DNA from: a virus
Lineage: Duplodnaviria; Caudoviricetes
Direction: 5' to 3' (one strand)
IMG/VR virus record: IMGVR_UViG_3300010361_000016
Span: 1-47,788 of that record
DNA length: 47,788 bases
Made by a program: the position numbers and the translations under genes. The stretch's first letter is position 1; the number at the start of each line of letters is the position of its first letter. Below are positions 9,319-17,897 of this stretch, one piece after another. The notes beneath the pieces were generated by a model. The model was not told where the DNA came from. It worked only from the letters and a program-made list of their open reading frames with translations, and made no database searches.

Positions 9319-9549
9319 ATGAGCACCACGATTAAGTCGCAGCTCACCAAGCGCCGCGTCGAAATCCTCATGGCCGAGGCGGGCTATGCCCCGGAGGAGA
9401 TCACCGCCGCCACCTCCCTTGAGGTGCGCTGCGCTGGGCGCATCCGGCGCTGGGCGTACTACACGGACCACGGAACCATCACGTCGGTCGAGCGGTTCCG
9501 CCCCGGCTTCATCATCACGTACAAGGACATGGAGGCGCAGCAGTCATGA
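9319..9549 (+). CDS. hypothetical protein
   Basis: GAGGAG RBS, MSTT start. Confidence 0.7.
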   Translation: MSTTIKSQLTKRRVEILMAEAGYAPEEITAATSLEVRCAGRIRRWAYYTDHGTITSVERFRPGFIITYKDMEAQQS

Positions 9550-10007
9550 GCGAGACCGGGACCGTCGCCCCGAAGGGCGAGCTGGAGCGCTGGATCTACC
9601 TTGGCGTGCGCCAGGGTGAGGGCACCTCACTCTGGACCGCGTGGGTGCGTGAGCCCGCCGGGGCCGCTGCGCCTGATGAGCGCGATGCCGTGTTCTACGG
9701 GGACGGGAAAACAGCGGCGCTGGTGCTGGGCGGCGTCTACGAGGTGCGCGTGACACGCGCGGACGGGAAGACGACGCGCCACGGCGCTCCCGTCTACGCC
9801 CGTGAGCGCATAGAGGACGCTGACCTGCTGGCCACCTGGAGCGCAGTCGCTGGCATCCAGCTCGCGCGCCGTGACAAGGGGCAGGCGCAGGAGGCGCTTA
9901 ATGACGCTCTGGAGCCGCTGCTGAAGCTGGCGCGTAAGGTGCCCAACGGTCCTCAGCGTGACGCGTTCGTGGCGCATGTGATGATGCGCCTGATCGGGGG
10001 GTGGTGA
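9546..10007 (+). CDS. hypothetical protein
   Basis: ATGA-coupled. Confidence 0.75.
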   Translation: MSETGTVAPKGELERWIYLGVRQGEGTSLWTAWVREPAGAAAPDERDAVFYGDGKTAALVLGGVYEVRVTRADGKTTRHGAPVYARERIEDADLLATWSAVAGIQLARRDKGQAQEALNDALEPLLKLARKVPNGPQRDAFVAHVMMRLIGGW

Positions 10008-10357
10008 CCGTGGCTGAGGTGGTTAAGGGCACGCGCGTGCGGAGGGGCACGCGCTACGGGACCGCGCTTGAGGACCCGTACCGGCATGGCCCGAGCATGC
10101 CGCTGCTGGTGCGCGTCCACTGGGATGAGGGCACCCCGCCGAAGACGACCGAGCGCGTGAGTGAGCTGACCGTGCTCCGGCAGATCCGCGTGGTGATCAC
10201 CGTTGAGGAGCTGGCCTCCGGCAACGGCGCGATGATGATGGAGGTGCAGGGGCCACTACGCGGCACCGATGGTCTCCGCGCGCTGCTGGAGTCCGCGCGG
10301 GCCATGGTGGATCAGGCGTCGGGGGACATCTCGTGGCCACGGGCGGAGCCGTCATGA
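10004..10357 (+). CDS. hypothetical protein
   Basis: GTGA-coupled. Confidence 0.65.
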   Translation: MTVAEVVKGTRVRRGTRYGTALEDPYRHGPSMPLLVRVHWDEGTPPKTTERVSELTVLRQIRVVITVEELASGNGAMMMEVQGPLRGTDGLRALLESARAMVDQASGDISWPRAEPS

Positions 10358-10668
10358 CCGCGTGCAAGTTCTGCAAACCGGAGACAGCGAAGACGATGGG
10401 GAGGCCGCCGAAGCTGACTGTGAATGAGCGTGTGCTGCTCGGCGTCATCCTCTCCCTGGAGCTGCGCTCGGGACGTCACCACGTGACGGGGCCGCAGATG
10501 GCCAGGGCCGCTGACACCACCCCGCAGGGCGCGCACCAGACGGCGGGATCGCTGGTACGCAAGGGCATGCTGGAACGCCAGCCTGCCAGCGCCACGCGCG
10601 GCGTAGGCTACCGCGTCACCGTCGAGGGCGTGCGCTACCACAACAGGTCGAAGGACAGCCGGAGATGA
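10354..10668 (+). CDS. winged-helix DNA-binding protein
   Basis: LTVNERVLL...TGPQMARAADTTPQGAHQTAGSLVRKGMLER...YRVTVEG (MarR-like pattern). Confidence 0.6.
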   Translation: MTACKFCKPETAKTMGRPPKLTVNERVLLGVILSLELRSGRHHVTGPQMARAADTTPQGAHQTAGSLVRKGMLERQPASATRGVGYRVTVEGVRYHNRSKDSRR

Positions 10669-11750
10669 TCACGCGCGCACCTGGTGAGGTGCTGGACGCG
10701 CAGACCCGGCTAGCGGAGGGGCTGCTCAAGCCGTCCGCTGACCTGATGGCGTTCACGGTCGGGTTCATGCGTGACGCGTGGGCCAAGAGCCACGCGGCCA
10801 ACGAGAAGATGTACAGCTCCGGGCGTGCGCGGGGGATGTTCTACCCGCTCATCCCGCCGCGCGGCAGGCTGTTCGATGAGGGGCACGCGCGGGAGCTGAA
10901 CCGGCTCCTCGGCGTCGGGGTGCGTGACGCGGTGTGCTACCAGGTCACCGCCGAGATGGTGCGCGTGATGCGGGACACCTACACGGGGACCATGCGCCGC
11001 ATCGAGCACATAGACGAGCCCGAGATGCCTGTCCCCGCTGGCTGGGCCTGGCTGGACGAGCCATGGGTGATGACGGACACGCACGGGCTGGGTGTCCCGG
11101 TGCGCGTCGTGTCCTGGCACGCCACGGAGGCAATGACGACGGGCAGTGAGCGTGACCCGCTGCCATCCCCGCAGGTGGTGCCGTGCTTCCGGGTGATGCT
11201 ATGGACCCACGTGCAGGACGACATCGACGCGGGACGTCTCAGCCCCGACGAGGAGTGGCTGGACATCGGCGCGCTGAGCCTTATGCACACCGCCGTCGTC
11301 CCGTTCGGGCTCCGGTTCCAGGTACCCGACGCGGAAGCGCGCAAGGGCGTGGACTCATTCCTGGGGCTGGTGCACCTGCTGTGGATGTTCCTCGGCATGG
11401 AGATCACCGCCACGCCACGCGCCCACCTCCCCCGCCCGTTCCGCCGCAGGGCGCAGCGGTCCCTCAAGCACGGGGAGGTGCACGTCGTCCTGCTCCGCCG
11501 CATCGCGCACGTCACCGAGCCCCCGGAAGGGCACACACGCATCGACTGGACGTGCCGCTGGGTGGTGCAGGGACACTACCGTCACATCGAGCCCCCGGAA
11601 GGGCACAGGCCGCACCGCGGCTTCCCGGTGGGCGCTGACAGGCATTGCGGAGTGTGCGGGGGCCGGCTCACGTGGGTCGGACCCTACCTGAAAGGACCGG
11701 ACGGCAAGCCGCTGAAGGTGAGCCGGACGCTGATGAAGCTGGCGCGCTAG
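10665..11750 (+). CDS. conserved phage protein of unknown function (WVVxGHYR...WVGPYLKGP C-terminus)
   Basis: 361 aa, coupled start; the C-terminal motif recurs in phage hypothetical proteins. Confidence 0.8.
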   Translation: MITRAPGEVLDAQTRLAEGLLKPSADLMAFTVGFMRDAWAKSHAANEKMYSSGRARGMFYPLIPPRGRLFDEGHARELNRLLGVGVRDAVCYQVTAEMVRVMRDTYTGTMRRIEHIDEPEMPVPAGWAWLDEPWVMTDTHGLGVPVRVVSWHATEAMTTGSERDPLPSPQVVPCFRVMLWTHVQDDIDAGRLSPDEEWLDIGALSLMHTAVVPFGLRFQVPDAEARKGVDSFLGLVHLLWMFLGMEITATPRAHLPRPFRRRAQRSLKHGEVHVVLLRRIAHVTEPPEGHTRIDWTCRWVVQGHYRHIEPPEGHRPHRGFPVGADRHCGVCGGRLTWVGPYLKGPDGKPLKVSRTLMKLAR

Positions 11751-11778
11751 GCGCGTCACGAGAGAGGAGACATGCACC

Positions 11779-11958
11779 ATGCCGCACGAGGCAACGTACG
11801 CGCCGGACGGGGACGGCTTCCTGGTGACCTGCCCCCATGGGTGCAGCCTGGGCACCAGCGCGCATCAGCCCACGGAGGAGCGCGCCGCCGCGAGGGTGGC
11901 ACTCCATGCGCTAGCCACGTCCCTACTGCCGGAGGCCCGCCGTGCCGAGCAGGCGTGA
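11779..11958 (+). CDS. small hypothetical protein (59 aa, MPHEATYAPDGDGFLVTCPHGC...)
   Basis: Own translation; GAGAGAGG RBS; better GC3 than the 11772 ORF. Confidence 0.6.
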   Translation: MPHEATYAPDGDGFLVTCPHGCSLGTSAHQPTEERAAARVALHALATSLLPEARRAEQA

Positions 11959-12559
11959 ACTAGCCAGGCTGGCCGCTGACATTCCCCGCATCGAGGACGC
12001 GATCGGGATGCCGATACGCCAGTGGGCGGGGCAGTGCCACGGGGTGTCGCTGGCGATCCTCCGCACCGGGATCTTCGGGCGGGGACGCGTGGCGCGCGGG
12101 AGTGCGCGCGGGGTGATGTCGCAGCACTCGTGGATCGTCCTGGGAGACTCCCCGGAGACCACGAACGTGTATGCGCAGCAGGGCGACCTCATCGACCCGA
12201 CGTGGTGGTGGTACACCTCCCCCGAGCGCCCGTACATCTGGGTCGGGTCGCCGCGCAACGGGCACACCCCGCACGGGGCTGGCTCCATCTGGCGCAACGG
12301 GAAGCCACCCGAGCCGACAGGCCCGGTGATCACGCTGGAAGGTGTGGAGGCGCTATCACGTGAGGCGCAGCATTTCCTGTCCATGTGCGGGCCGCTGGAC
12401 TACCGTGGCTGGGCGGCACTCGCGCATGGCCCCATGGAGGGCTGGCCTGCGGGGGAGATACTGGAGGCCATGCTGGAGACGCGTGAGCTGAAGGCGGTAG
12501 CGCCCATCGACCGGATCGGGATGCTGACCACCCGTAACCCGTCAGGGCTGTACTGGTGA
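11942..12559 (+). CDS. putative papain/transglutaminase-fold protein
   Basis: GQCHGVS...QHSWIV...LIDPT Cys-His-Asp pattern. Confidence 0.6.
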   Translation: MPSRRELARLAADIPRIEDAIGMPIRQWAGQCHGVSLAILRTGIFGRGRVARGSARGVMSQHSWIVLGDSPETTNVYAQQGDLIDPTWWWYTSPERPYIWVGSPRNGHTPHGAGSIWRNGKPPEPTGPVITLEGVEALSREAQHFLSMCGPLDYRGWAALAHGPMEGWPAGEILEAMLETRELKAVAPIDRIGMLTTRNPSGLYW

Positions 12560-12744
12560 GGGTGGCACGCTGGGCGTGCGCCATCGCCCTCGCCTGGAGC
12601 ATCGTCGTCATCGGCACGGCGTTCGTCTACCGCTACCTGGGCTGGGTGCCCTCCGTGGTGATGTGCCCGCTGACGGGAGCGGTGGCGCTCATCGTCGCCG
12701 GGTTCATCCTGTGGCCACCCCCCGGAGGCTGGCCGTATGAGTGA
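12556..12744 (+). CDS. small two-TM membrane protein
   Basis: Two hydrophobic segments; GTGA-coupled. Confidence 0.65.
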   Translation: MRVARWACAIALAWSIVVIGTAFVYRYLGWVPSVVMCPLTGAVALIVAGFILWPPPGGWPYE

Positions 12745-13036
12745 CGGCGGCTATGACGATGAGGGCATGGAGCTGCCGGGGCAGCTCTCGCTGTGGTCCG
12801 GCATGGATGACGACGAGCCCCCGGCGTCCACGAATGAGCTGCTGGCCATCCTCCGTGGATTCGTCCGGCGCTGGATCGACGTGGGGCTCACCGATGGGGA
12901 GGTGGCCACGATGGCGCAGTGCTTCGACAACCTCGATGACGCCATGCTGAACGGGGAGAGGCCACCTGATGACTGGATCAAGGCCAAGTGGCATGGTCCG
13001 GCCTCACGTCCCGTGCATGACCTCCCGCCTCTGTGA
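12737..13036 (+). CDS. hypothetical acidic protein
   Basis: GGAGG RBS, overlapping start. Confidence 0.7.
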   Translation: MSDGGYDDEGMELPGQLSLWSGMDDDEPPASTNELLAILRGFVRRWIDVGLTDGEVATMAQCFDNLDDAMLNGERPPDDWIKAKWHGPASRPVHDLPPL

Positions 13037-13116
13037 GCGGGCCGCAGCGGGCCGCGTGTGGGGCGGGCATGTCTTCACCCTCCGTTCCCATGGGACCGCC
13101 GGAGCGTGGAAACGGG

Positions 13117-13133
13117 ACTCCCGTGTCGGGAGT
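13117..13133. promoter_or_regulatory. palindromic operator copy 3 (ACTCCCG-TGT-CGGGAGT)
   Basis: Perfect palindrome, intergenic. Confidence 0.75.
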
Positions 13134-13153
13134 AAGTCCAGGGCAGACAGGAA

Positions 13154-13237
13154 TGTGGCGCACCCCACACCCCACTATGCACACGTGAGGGATAGGACGA
13201 CGTAAGCTGGCACCTGCAAGGCCCCACCGAGAGAGTG
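13154..13237 (+). promoter_or_regulatory. early promoter cassette: TGTGG-N6-CCACA, ATGCACACGTG, -10 TAAGCT (13203-13208), CCTGCAAGG, GAGAGAG RBS
   Basis: Closely similar to the 13972 cassette. Confidence 0.65.
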
Positions 13238-13244
13238 AGCACAC

Positions 13245-13976
13245 ATGAGCACCCCCACCACCACCGCGCACGCCATCAAGTGCGGCGTCTGCCGTGGCAC
13301 CCACCCCACCGCCGCTGAGGTGCGCGCCTGCTTCGAGCGCGCCACCGGCCCCATCGCTGCGCCTAGCGTGATGAGCCCCGCCGCCACGCCGAGTGAGAGG
13401 CGCATCGCTGCTGCCACCACCACGCCGCGCCCCACCGAGCGCCAGATCGAGTTCGCCAACTCGCTGCGCGCCACGCTGGGACGTAAGGCGCTGTCCGACC
13501 CGTTGCCCTCATGGGTGACGCGCCGCGTGATGTCCGAGTGGATTGATGACCTGAAGGCGGACATCTACGCCGCGCGCCAGCTAGGCGAGATCCCCGCCGC
13601 CGCGCCACGCGCGCAGGGTGGCAGCAGCACCTCACGCATCATGGCGTCCGAGTTCCCCACCGTGACCGAGGGGCACTACGCCGTGACCTCCCACACCGGG
13701 AACAACGACCTCGATTTCTTCCGGGTGGACACCCCCGCCGAGGGCCAGTGGGCCGGACGCCTGTTCGTGAAGCGCGTCATCGGGGGACGTCCCGACCAGG
13801 CCATCCGGGGCAGTGAGGCGCGTGAGCTGCTGAAGCTGGCCGAGGACGCTCCCGTGGAGGCGCGCAGGCGCTATGGCGTGGAGATCGGGCGCTGCTCCTG
13901 CTGCAACCGGCACCTCACCGATGAGACCTCCCGCGAGCTGGGCATCGGCCCCGAGTGCCGCCGCAAGGGCGCGTGA
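13245..13976 (+). CDS. DUF6011-like Zn-finger protein
   Basis: C-terminal GRCSCCNRHLTDETSRELGIGPEC; N-terminal CGVC..H..C. Confidence 0.75.
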   Translation: MSTPTTTAHAIKCGVCRGTHPTAAEVRACFERATGPIAAPSVMSPAATPSERRIAAATTTPRPTERQIEFANSLRATLGRKALSDPLPSWVTRRVMSEWIDDLKADIYAARQLGEIPAAAPRAQGGSSTSRIMASEFPTVTEGHYAVTSHTGNNDLDFFRVDTPAEGQWAGRLFVKRVIGGRPDQAIRGSEARELLKLAEDAPVEARRRYGVEIGRCSCCNRHLTDETSRELGIGPECRRKGA

Positions 13977-14071
13977 CGTAACCCACACCCGCGCCACCGC
14001 TCACAATGCACACGTGAGCGGTGGCGCGGGGTAAGCTGTGGCCTGCAAGGCCACGACGCACACGAGAGAGG
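13972..14071 (+). promoter_or_regulatory. early promoter cassette: CGTGA-N6-CCACA, perfect 17-bp stem (13988-14004 / 14014-14030), -10 TAAGCT (14032-14037), TGCAAG, GAGAGAGG
   Basis: Read directly. Confidence 0.7.
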
Positions 14072-14080
14072 ACACCCCCC

Positions 14081-14563
14081 ATGGGAACCGCCAGGACATA
14101 CACGCTCACCACCACCGACTTCGACAAGGACCGCCAGGCGGATGGCTCATGGCCGACCGTGGAGCTGGCCGTGAACTTCCGCAAGCGTGAGTGGGGCGGC
14201 TGGCTGGTGGTCCGTGAGGACAACGGACGCGAGTTGGGGTGGCTCACCACGGGCCAGTTCGATGACGGCAAGCCCTGCTGGGAGGCCCGCGTCAACTCCC
14301 GCGCCTACATGGGTGAGGGACCGGACGACGAGGGCTACATCCTCGATGACATCGCGGAGGGTGCGTACACCCTGTGCCGCGCGGAGGGCGGGAACACGTT
14401 CAAGGTTCACCCCGTCGCCTACGCGGCCACACGCGAGGAGGCCGCGACCGAGCTGTTCTGGCACCTGTTCAAGAACCGCGCCCCAGGCGCGCAGCCCAAC
14501 GGGTACGCGTTCGGCGCTCACCCCTACGTGGCCCGCTGGCACGACACCCACCCTGTGATCTGA
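14081..14563 (+). CDS. hypothetical protein
   Basis: Conserved leader. Confidence 0.8.
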   Translation: MGTARTYTLTTTDFDKDRQADGSWPTVELAVNFRKREWGGWLVVREDNGRELGWLTTGQFDDGKPCWEARVNSRAYMGEGPDDEGYILDDIAEGAYTLCRAEGGNTFKVHPVAYAATREEAATELFWHLFKNRAPGAQPNGYAFGAHPYVARWHDTHPVI

Positions 14564-14640
14564 CCCGCACCACCCCGCACACGTGTAGACTGCACCATGG
14601 CGGGGGGCACCCCCCCGGAGCCCCCCGCCGCCGAGAGAGG
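14554..14640 (+). promoter_or_regulatory. variant cassette: TGTGA-N6-CCGCA, CACACGTG-TAGACT, 10-bp hairpin (14599-14629), GAGAGAGG
   Basis: Same elements with altered spacing. Confidence 0.5.
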
Positions 14641-14649
14641 ACACCACCC

Positions 14650-14931
14650 ATGAGCACGAGCACCTACCCCATCACCGCCGCCGCCGACGCGCTCGCTGAC
14701 CTGGACATGCACCTGGACGCGTATGCCTCCGCGTACACCCTGAAGCTGCACCTCGCCGCCGACCATGACGTCGAGATCCCCCGCACCGACATCGCCGGCC
14801 TGCGCCACCTCCACGGCGAGCTGCACGCCGAGGAGCGTGACGCGCTACTGGACGCGCTGGACACCGCGATTGACGAGGTGGCGCAGGCGCAGGCAGCCGC
14901 GCGCATGGCCTCTCAGCGCGTCCCCGTCTAG
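14650..14931 (+). CDS. hypothetical His-motif protein
   Basis: Conserved leader; HLAADH...LRHLHGELH. Confidence 0.75.
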   Translation: MSTSTYPITAAADALADLDMHLDAYASAYTLKLHLAADHDVEIPRTDIAGLRHLHGELHAEERDALLDALDTAIDEVAQAQAAARMASQRVPV

Positions 14932-14943
14932 TCCCCCATGACC

Positions 14944-14980
14944 CCCCGCACGTGCCCTGGAGGGGCGGGCACGTGCGGGG
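14944..14980. terminator. 14-bp stem hairpin with CACGTG in each arm
   Basis: CCCCGCACGTGCCC / GGGCACGTGCGGGG. Confidence 0.55.
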
Positions 14981-15022
14981 TCTAAACCGAAGCCCCTCAC
15001 CACCTGGAAGGGAATCACCATC

Positions 15023-15334
15023 ATGAGCACCACCACCCCCCCGAGCGCCACCTCCGAAGGTCTCGCGCGTCTCCACACCGAAGTGCGGAACGCCGTCGCC
15101 GTGGCGAACAACTCGCTGGCCATGCGCAGCGCGCACCCCACGTACGGCTACTCGAAGCAGCGCGTGCGGGATGAGCTGGCCCGCGTCTACACGCTGGTCG
15201 AGGCGCACATGTACGCGACCGGCGAGTGGCAGCAGTCGGGGCTCCCGATCCGCGCCACGCTGGACGACTACGCGAAGACCAAGCTCGACGTGGACACCGC
15301 CGCGCTCGCGCAGCGCGTCAAGGACGAGCTGTAG
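15023..15334 (+). CDS. hypothetical protein, paralog of 17894-18205
   Basis: Shared EAHMYAxGEW motif. Confidence 0.75.
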   Translation: MSTTTPPSATSEGLARLHTEVRNAVAVANNSLAMRSAHPTYGYSKQRVRDELARVYTLVEAHMYATGEWQQSGLPIRATLDDYAKTKLDVDTAALAQRVKDEL

Positions 15335-15346
15335 CCCCAACCCGCC

Positions 15347-15373
15347 GGGGGTGGTGGAGAGGCCACCACCCCC
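15347..15373. terminator. 11-bp stem hairpin before the lipoprotein gene
   Basis: GGGGGTGGTGG / CCACCACCCCC. Confidence 0.45.
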
Positions 15374-15399
15374 CGATCACACCGAGAGAGGTACACCCC

Positions 15400-16056
15400 A
15401 TGAGCACCACCAAGACCGTCGCCGGGATCACCGGAGCCGTCGCCATCATCGCCGCCGTGAGCGCGTGCGGCACCGCTGGGAGCGTGAAGCCCGTGCCCGT
15501 GGTCACTAAGACCGTGACCGCGCCAGCGCAGCAGATCACCGTGCCCCCGGCGGACCACACCCCCCCGGCTGCGCCACCGTCCACGCCCGCACCTTCCGAC
15601 ACGTCCGAGTCCTCATTCCTGAACATGGCCATGGGCTCACCGGTCGCGGTCACGGACCCGTCAGGAGGGCAGAACGGGACCGCTGCCACGTACCACATCA
15701 AGATCGACCAGGTGGTGCAGAACGCGCCCGTCGCCGCCTACCAGGACGTGCCTCCGGGCTTCCACCTCGCCGCCGCGCAGATCAGCCTGAAGGGCGTGAC
15801 GGGTGTCCTCTCCGATGACGTGAACAGCGATGCGAGCGTGACGGACACGGCGACGAACACGTACTCGGCAGCCATGGATGACACCACGCTCGGCGGCAAC
15901 TTCCAGTACGGGCAGGTCACCCTGGCCCCCGGCATGACCGCGACCGGGTGGGTGACCTTCGAGGTGCCCAACGGGCAGAAGGTGGCCACGGTGGTGTGGA
16001 CGCCATCAGGCGGCATGGGGGAGGTCTCCCCGGCCTCATGGGCAACAGGCGCATGA
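15400..16056 (+). CDS. lipoprotein with DUF4352-like (Ig-fold) domain
   Basis: Signal peptide ending VSAC (lipobox), Pro/Thr linker, LAPGMTATGWVTFEVP motif. Confidence 0.75.
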   Translation: MSTTKTVAGITGAVAIIAAVSACGTAGSVKPVPVVTKTVTAPAQQITVPPADHTPPAAPPSTPAPSDTSESSFLNMAMGSPVAVTDPSGGQNGTAATYHIKIDQVVQNAPVAAYQDVPPGFHLAAAQISLKGVTGVLSDDVNSDASVTDTATNTYSAAMDDTTLGGNFQYGQVTLAPGMTATGWVTFEVPNGQKVATVVWTPSGGMGEVSPASWATGA

Positions 16057-16166
16057 GCACCAAGGGCAAGCACGCAGGACAGCGCACGTGGCGAGGATGG
16101 TGGCGCGCACTCACGCGCCAGCGCCACTCCCGCAGGATCATCACACACAGGAGGATGAGACCATGA
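16053..16166 (+). CDS. small basic peptide (37 aa)
   Basis: ATGA overlaps at both ends. Confidence 0.4.
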   Translation: MSTKGKHAGQRTWRGWWRALTRQRHSRRIITHRRMRP

Positions 16167-16534
16167 CCGACATCGACACCCACGCCGAGCTAGCCGAGCA
16201 CCTGGCCGACCTGCACGGCCCCGAGATGGTGTACCTGGGGCACCAGGTGACGGAGCTGCCCAGCCGCCGCCTCGCGGAGCTGGAATCACTCCACGCGCAG
16301 GCGCACCGGAAACTCATGATCGACAACGGGCAGCCCGCGCGCGACCTGGAGCACGACAGGGCATTCGGCAAGCAGGAGTGGACGACGGACGAGGCGGTCG
16401 CGGAGTTCGACTTCGTCGGGTTCGCTGCCCCTTTCGTCGTGGTGGTGCGCAAGTCCGATGGGGTGCGCGGCTCGCTGGAGTTCACGCACTCCCCGCGCGT
16501 CTACTTCGGTTTCACGGCAGACGAGGAGGGCTGA
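16163..16534 (+). CDS. hypothetical protein (GFAAPFVVVxRKSDG...HSPRVYF)
   Basis: AGGAGG RBS before ATG 16163. Confidence 0.75.
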   Translation: MTDIDTHAELAEHLADLHGPEMVYLGHQVTELPSRRLAELESLHAQAHRKLMIDNGQPARDLEHDRAFGKQEWTTDEAVAEFDFVGFAAPFVVVVRKSDGVRGSLEFTHSPRVYFGFTADEEG

Positions 16535-16538
16535 CACC

Positions 16539-16814
16539 ATGAGGCGGCCCTGGACGGCGGTGGTCTCCATAGAGGAGATCGCCGCCGCCGGGGGTGTCCT
16601 AGATCCCCGGTACTGGCAGCAGAAGCTACCGGGCGAGGACGTCCCCGCGATGCGCAAGCGCCAGGAGCGCGAGCGCCAGGTGGAGCACGCGCAGGCGCAC
16701 CTGGCGCGGCTCTGCGGGCTCGCGGGCGCGGACCCCACGTGCACATGCTGCCATGGCTCCGGGGTCGCCTGGAACGCTGGCCTGGTGCCGTGCCCAGGAT
16801 GCGTGACGTCATGA
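16539..16814 (+). CDS. hypothetical protein with DnaJ-type CxxCxGxG...CxxC Zn finger
   Basis: CTCCHGSG...CPGC; GAGGAGG RBS. Confidence 0.65.
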   Translation: MRRPWTAVVSIEEIAAAGGVLDPRYWQQKLPGEDVPAMRKRQERERQVEHAQAHLARLCGLAGADPTCTCCHGSGVAWNAGLVPCPGCVTS

Positions 16815-17206
16815 CCCCGCCGCGTGACCTGGGCGCGTGGAAGCGCGGAGACCCCGGCTCGCTGGTGCGCCTGGGGCTGCATGAGCTGGAGCCCGGACTG
16901 CGCCTGTACCGGAGACCAGCGGACGACGGGTACGGCTACCTGACCGTGCTCGTCGCACTCGCCACGCGCACCGGGACCGATGGGCCGCGGTGGCACCTGT
17001 CCATCAGCCACCCCACGCGCCACCCGACCTGGGAGGAGATCAAAGAGGCGCGCTTCAGGTTCATGCCCGGTGACATCACCGTGGCGATGCTGCTGCCCCC
17101 GGAGGAGCTGTGGATCAACGAGCACGAGCACTGCTTCCACCTGTGGCAGACCGACCGGGGCGGGTACTCCGTCCCGCACTTTACGAGAGAGGACGCGCCA
17201 TCATGA
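16811..17206 (+). CDS. conserved phage protein (WHLSIS..R.PTWEEIK...NEHEHCFHLW family)
   Basis: Recognisable conserved motif; ATGA-coupled. Confidence 0.75.
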   Translation: MTPPRDLGAWKRGDPGSLVRLGLHELEPGLRLYRRPADDGYGYLTVLVALATRTGTDGPRWHLSISHPTRHPTWEEIKEARFRFMPGDITVAMLLPPEELWINEHEHCFHLWQTDRGGYSVPHFTREDAPS

Positions 17207-17631
17207 CCACCATGCAGGCGAAGCTGACCGCTGAGTTCCAGGCGATGATCGAGGCGGGTGGGTGGGAGTTCATCACCTCACCCGAGGCAGCGAACACGGG
17301 CATTTGGCTCGCGCAGGAGGGGCTGGACACGGCCCTAGTGATCCGGTACAACTTCCAGCCGAACTACGTCACCCTGACATTCACGGGGGCACGCGTCAAC
17401 GAGCGCGCGGTGGACCAGCCCCGCGACGTGGCGATGTACTACAAGAAAGCGGTCGCCTCCAAGGAGGGCCGCTTCGAGTACACGTACGTCGCATACCGGG
17501 ACGGGGAGGCGCTGCGGAAGGTGCTCCAGCTCACCTACCGGCTGCTCCACGACGATAAGGAGACGGTCGAGGTGCGCGTCAACGAGCGCGCGGAGCAGCT
17601 AGCGCGGCGTGCGAAGGCCGGGGTGAAGTGA
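17203..17631 (+). CDS. hypothetical protein
   Basis: GAGAGAGG RBS. Confidence 0.75.
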   Translation: MTTMQAKLTAEFQAMIEAGGWEFITSPEAANTGIWLAQEGLDTALVIRYNFQPNYVTLTFTGARVNERAVDQPRDVAMYYKKAVASKEGRFEYTYVAYRDGEALRKVLQLTYRLLHDDKETVEVRVNERAEQLARRAKAGVK

Positions 17632-17897
17632 TGGCAGCGATGAATCAGTCACCCTCTCACCAGCAGCGCTCGGTCGATGAGCAGTTCGCCAGGATGGACC
17701 CGGTTAAGCGTGCTCTCGCGCGCACCCTGCACCGCGCGTTCGGCGGAGTGACTCACCCCCAGCCTGACCGGGGTGAAGTGCTCGGCGTGGTGTCCGTGGA
17801 GGGCACGGCGTCCTCGGCGCTGGAGATCATTATCCGGGTGAAGACACACACCGGGGGTACGCGCTACTTCCGCGCCAGGCTGAGCGAGATGCTGTGA
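17628..17897 (+). CDS. hypothetical protein
   Basis: Coupled start. Confidence 0.65.
   Translation: MMAAMNQSPSHQQRSVDEQFARMDPVKRALARTLHRAFGGVTHPQPDRGEVLGVVSVEGTASSALEIIIRVKTHTGGTRYFRARLSEML

Noticed and set aside
691-14976. parS sites suggested by the CACGTG cores
   Set aside because: Flanks do not match GTTTCACGTGAAAC and no parA/parB is visible
897-15400. CRISPR array or integron attC array from the recurring repeats
   Set aside because: Repeats are degenerate and separated by whole genes of variable length; no cas or integron integrase gene and no consistent RYYYAAC/GTTRRRY ends
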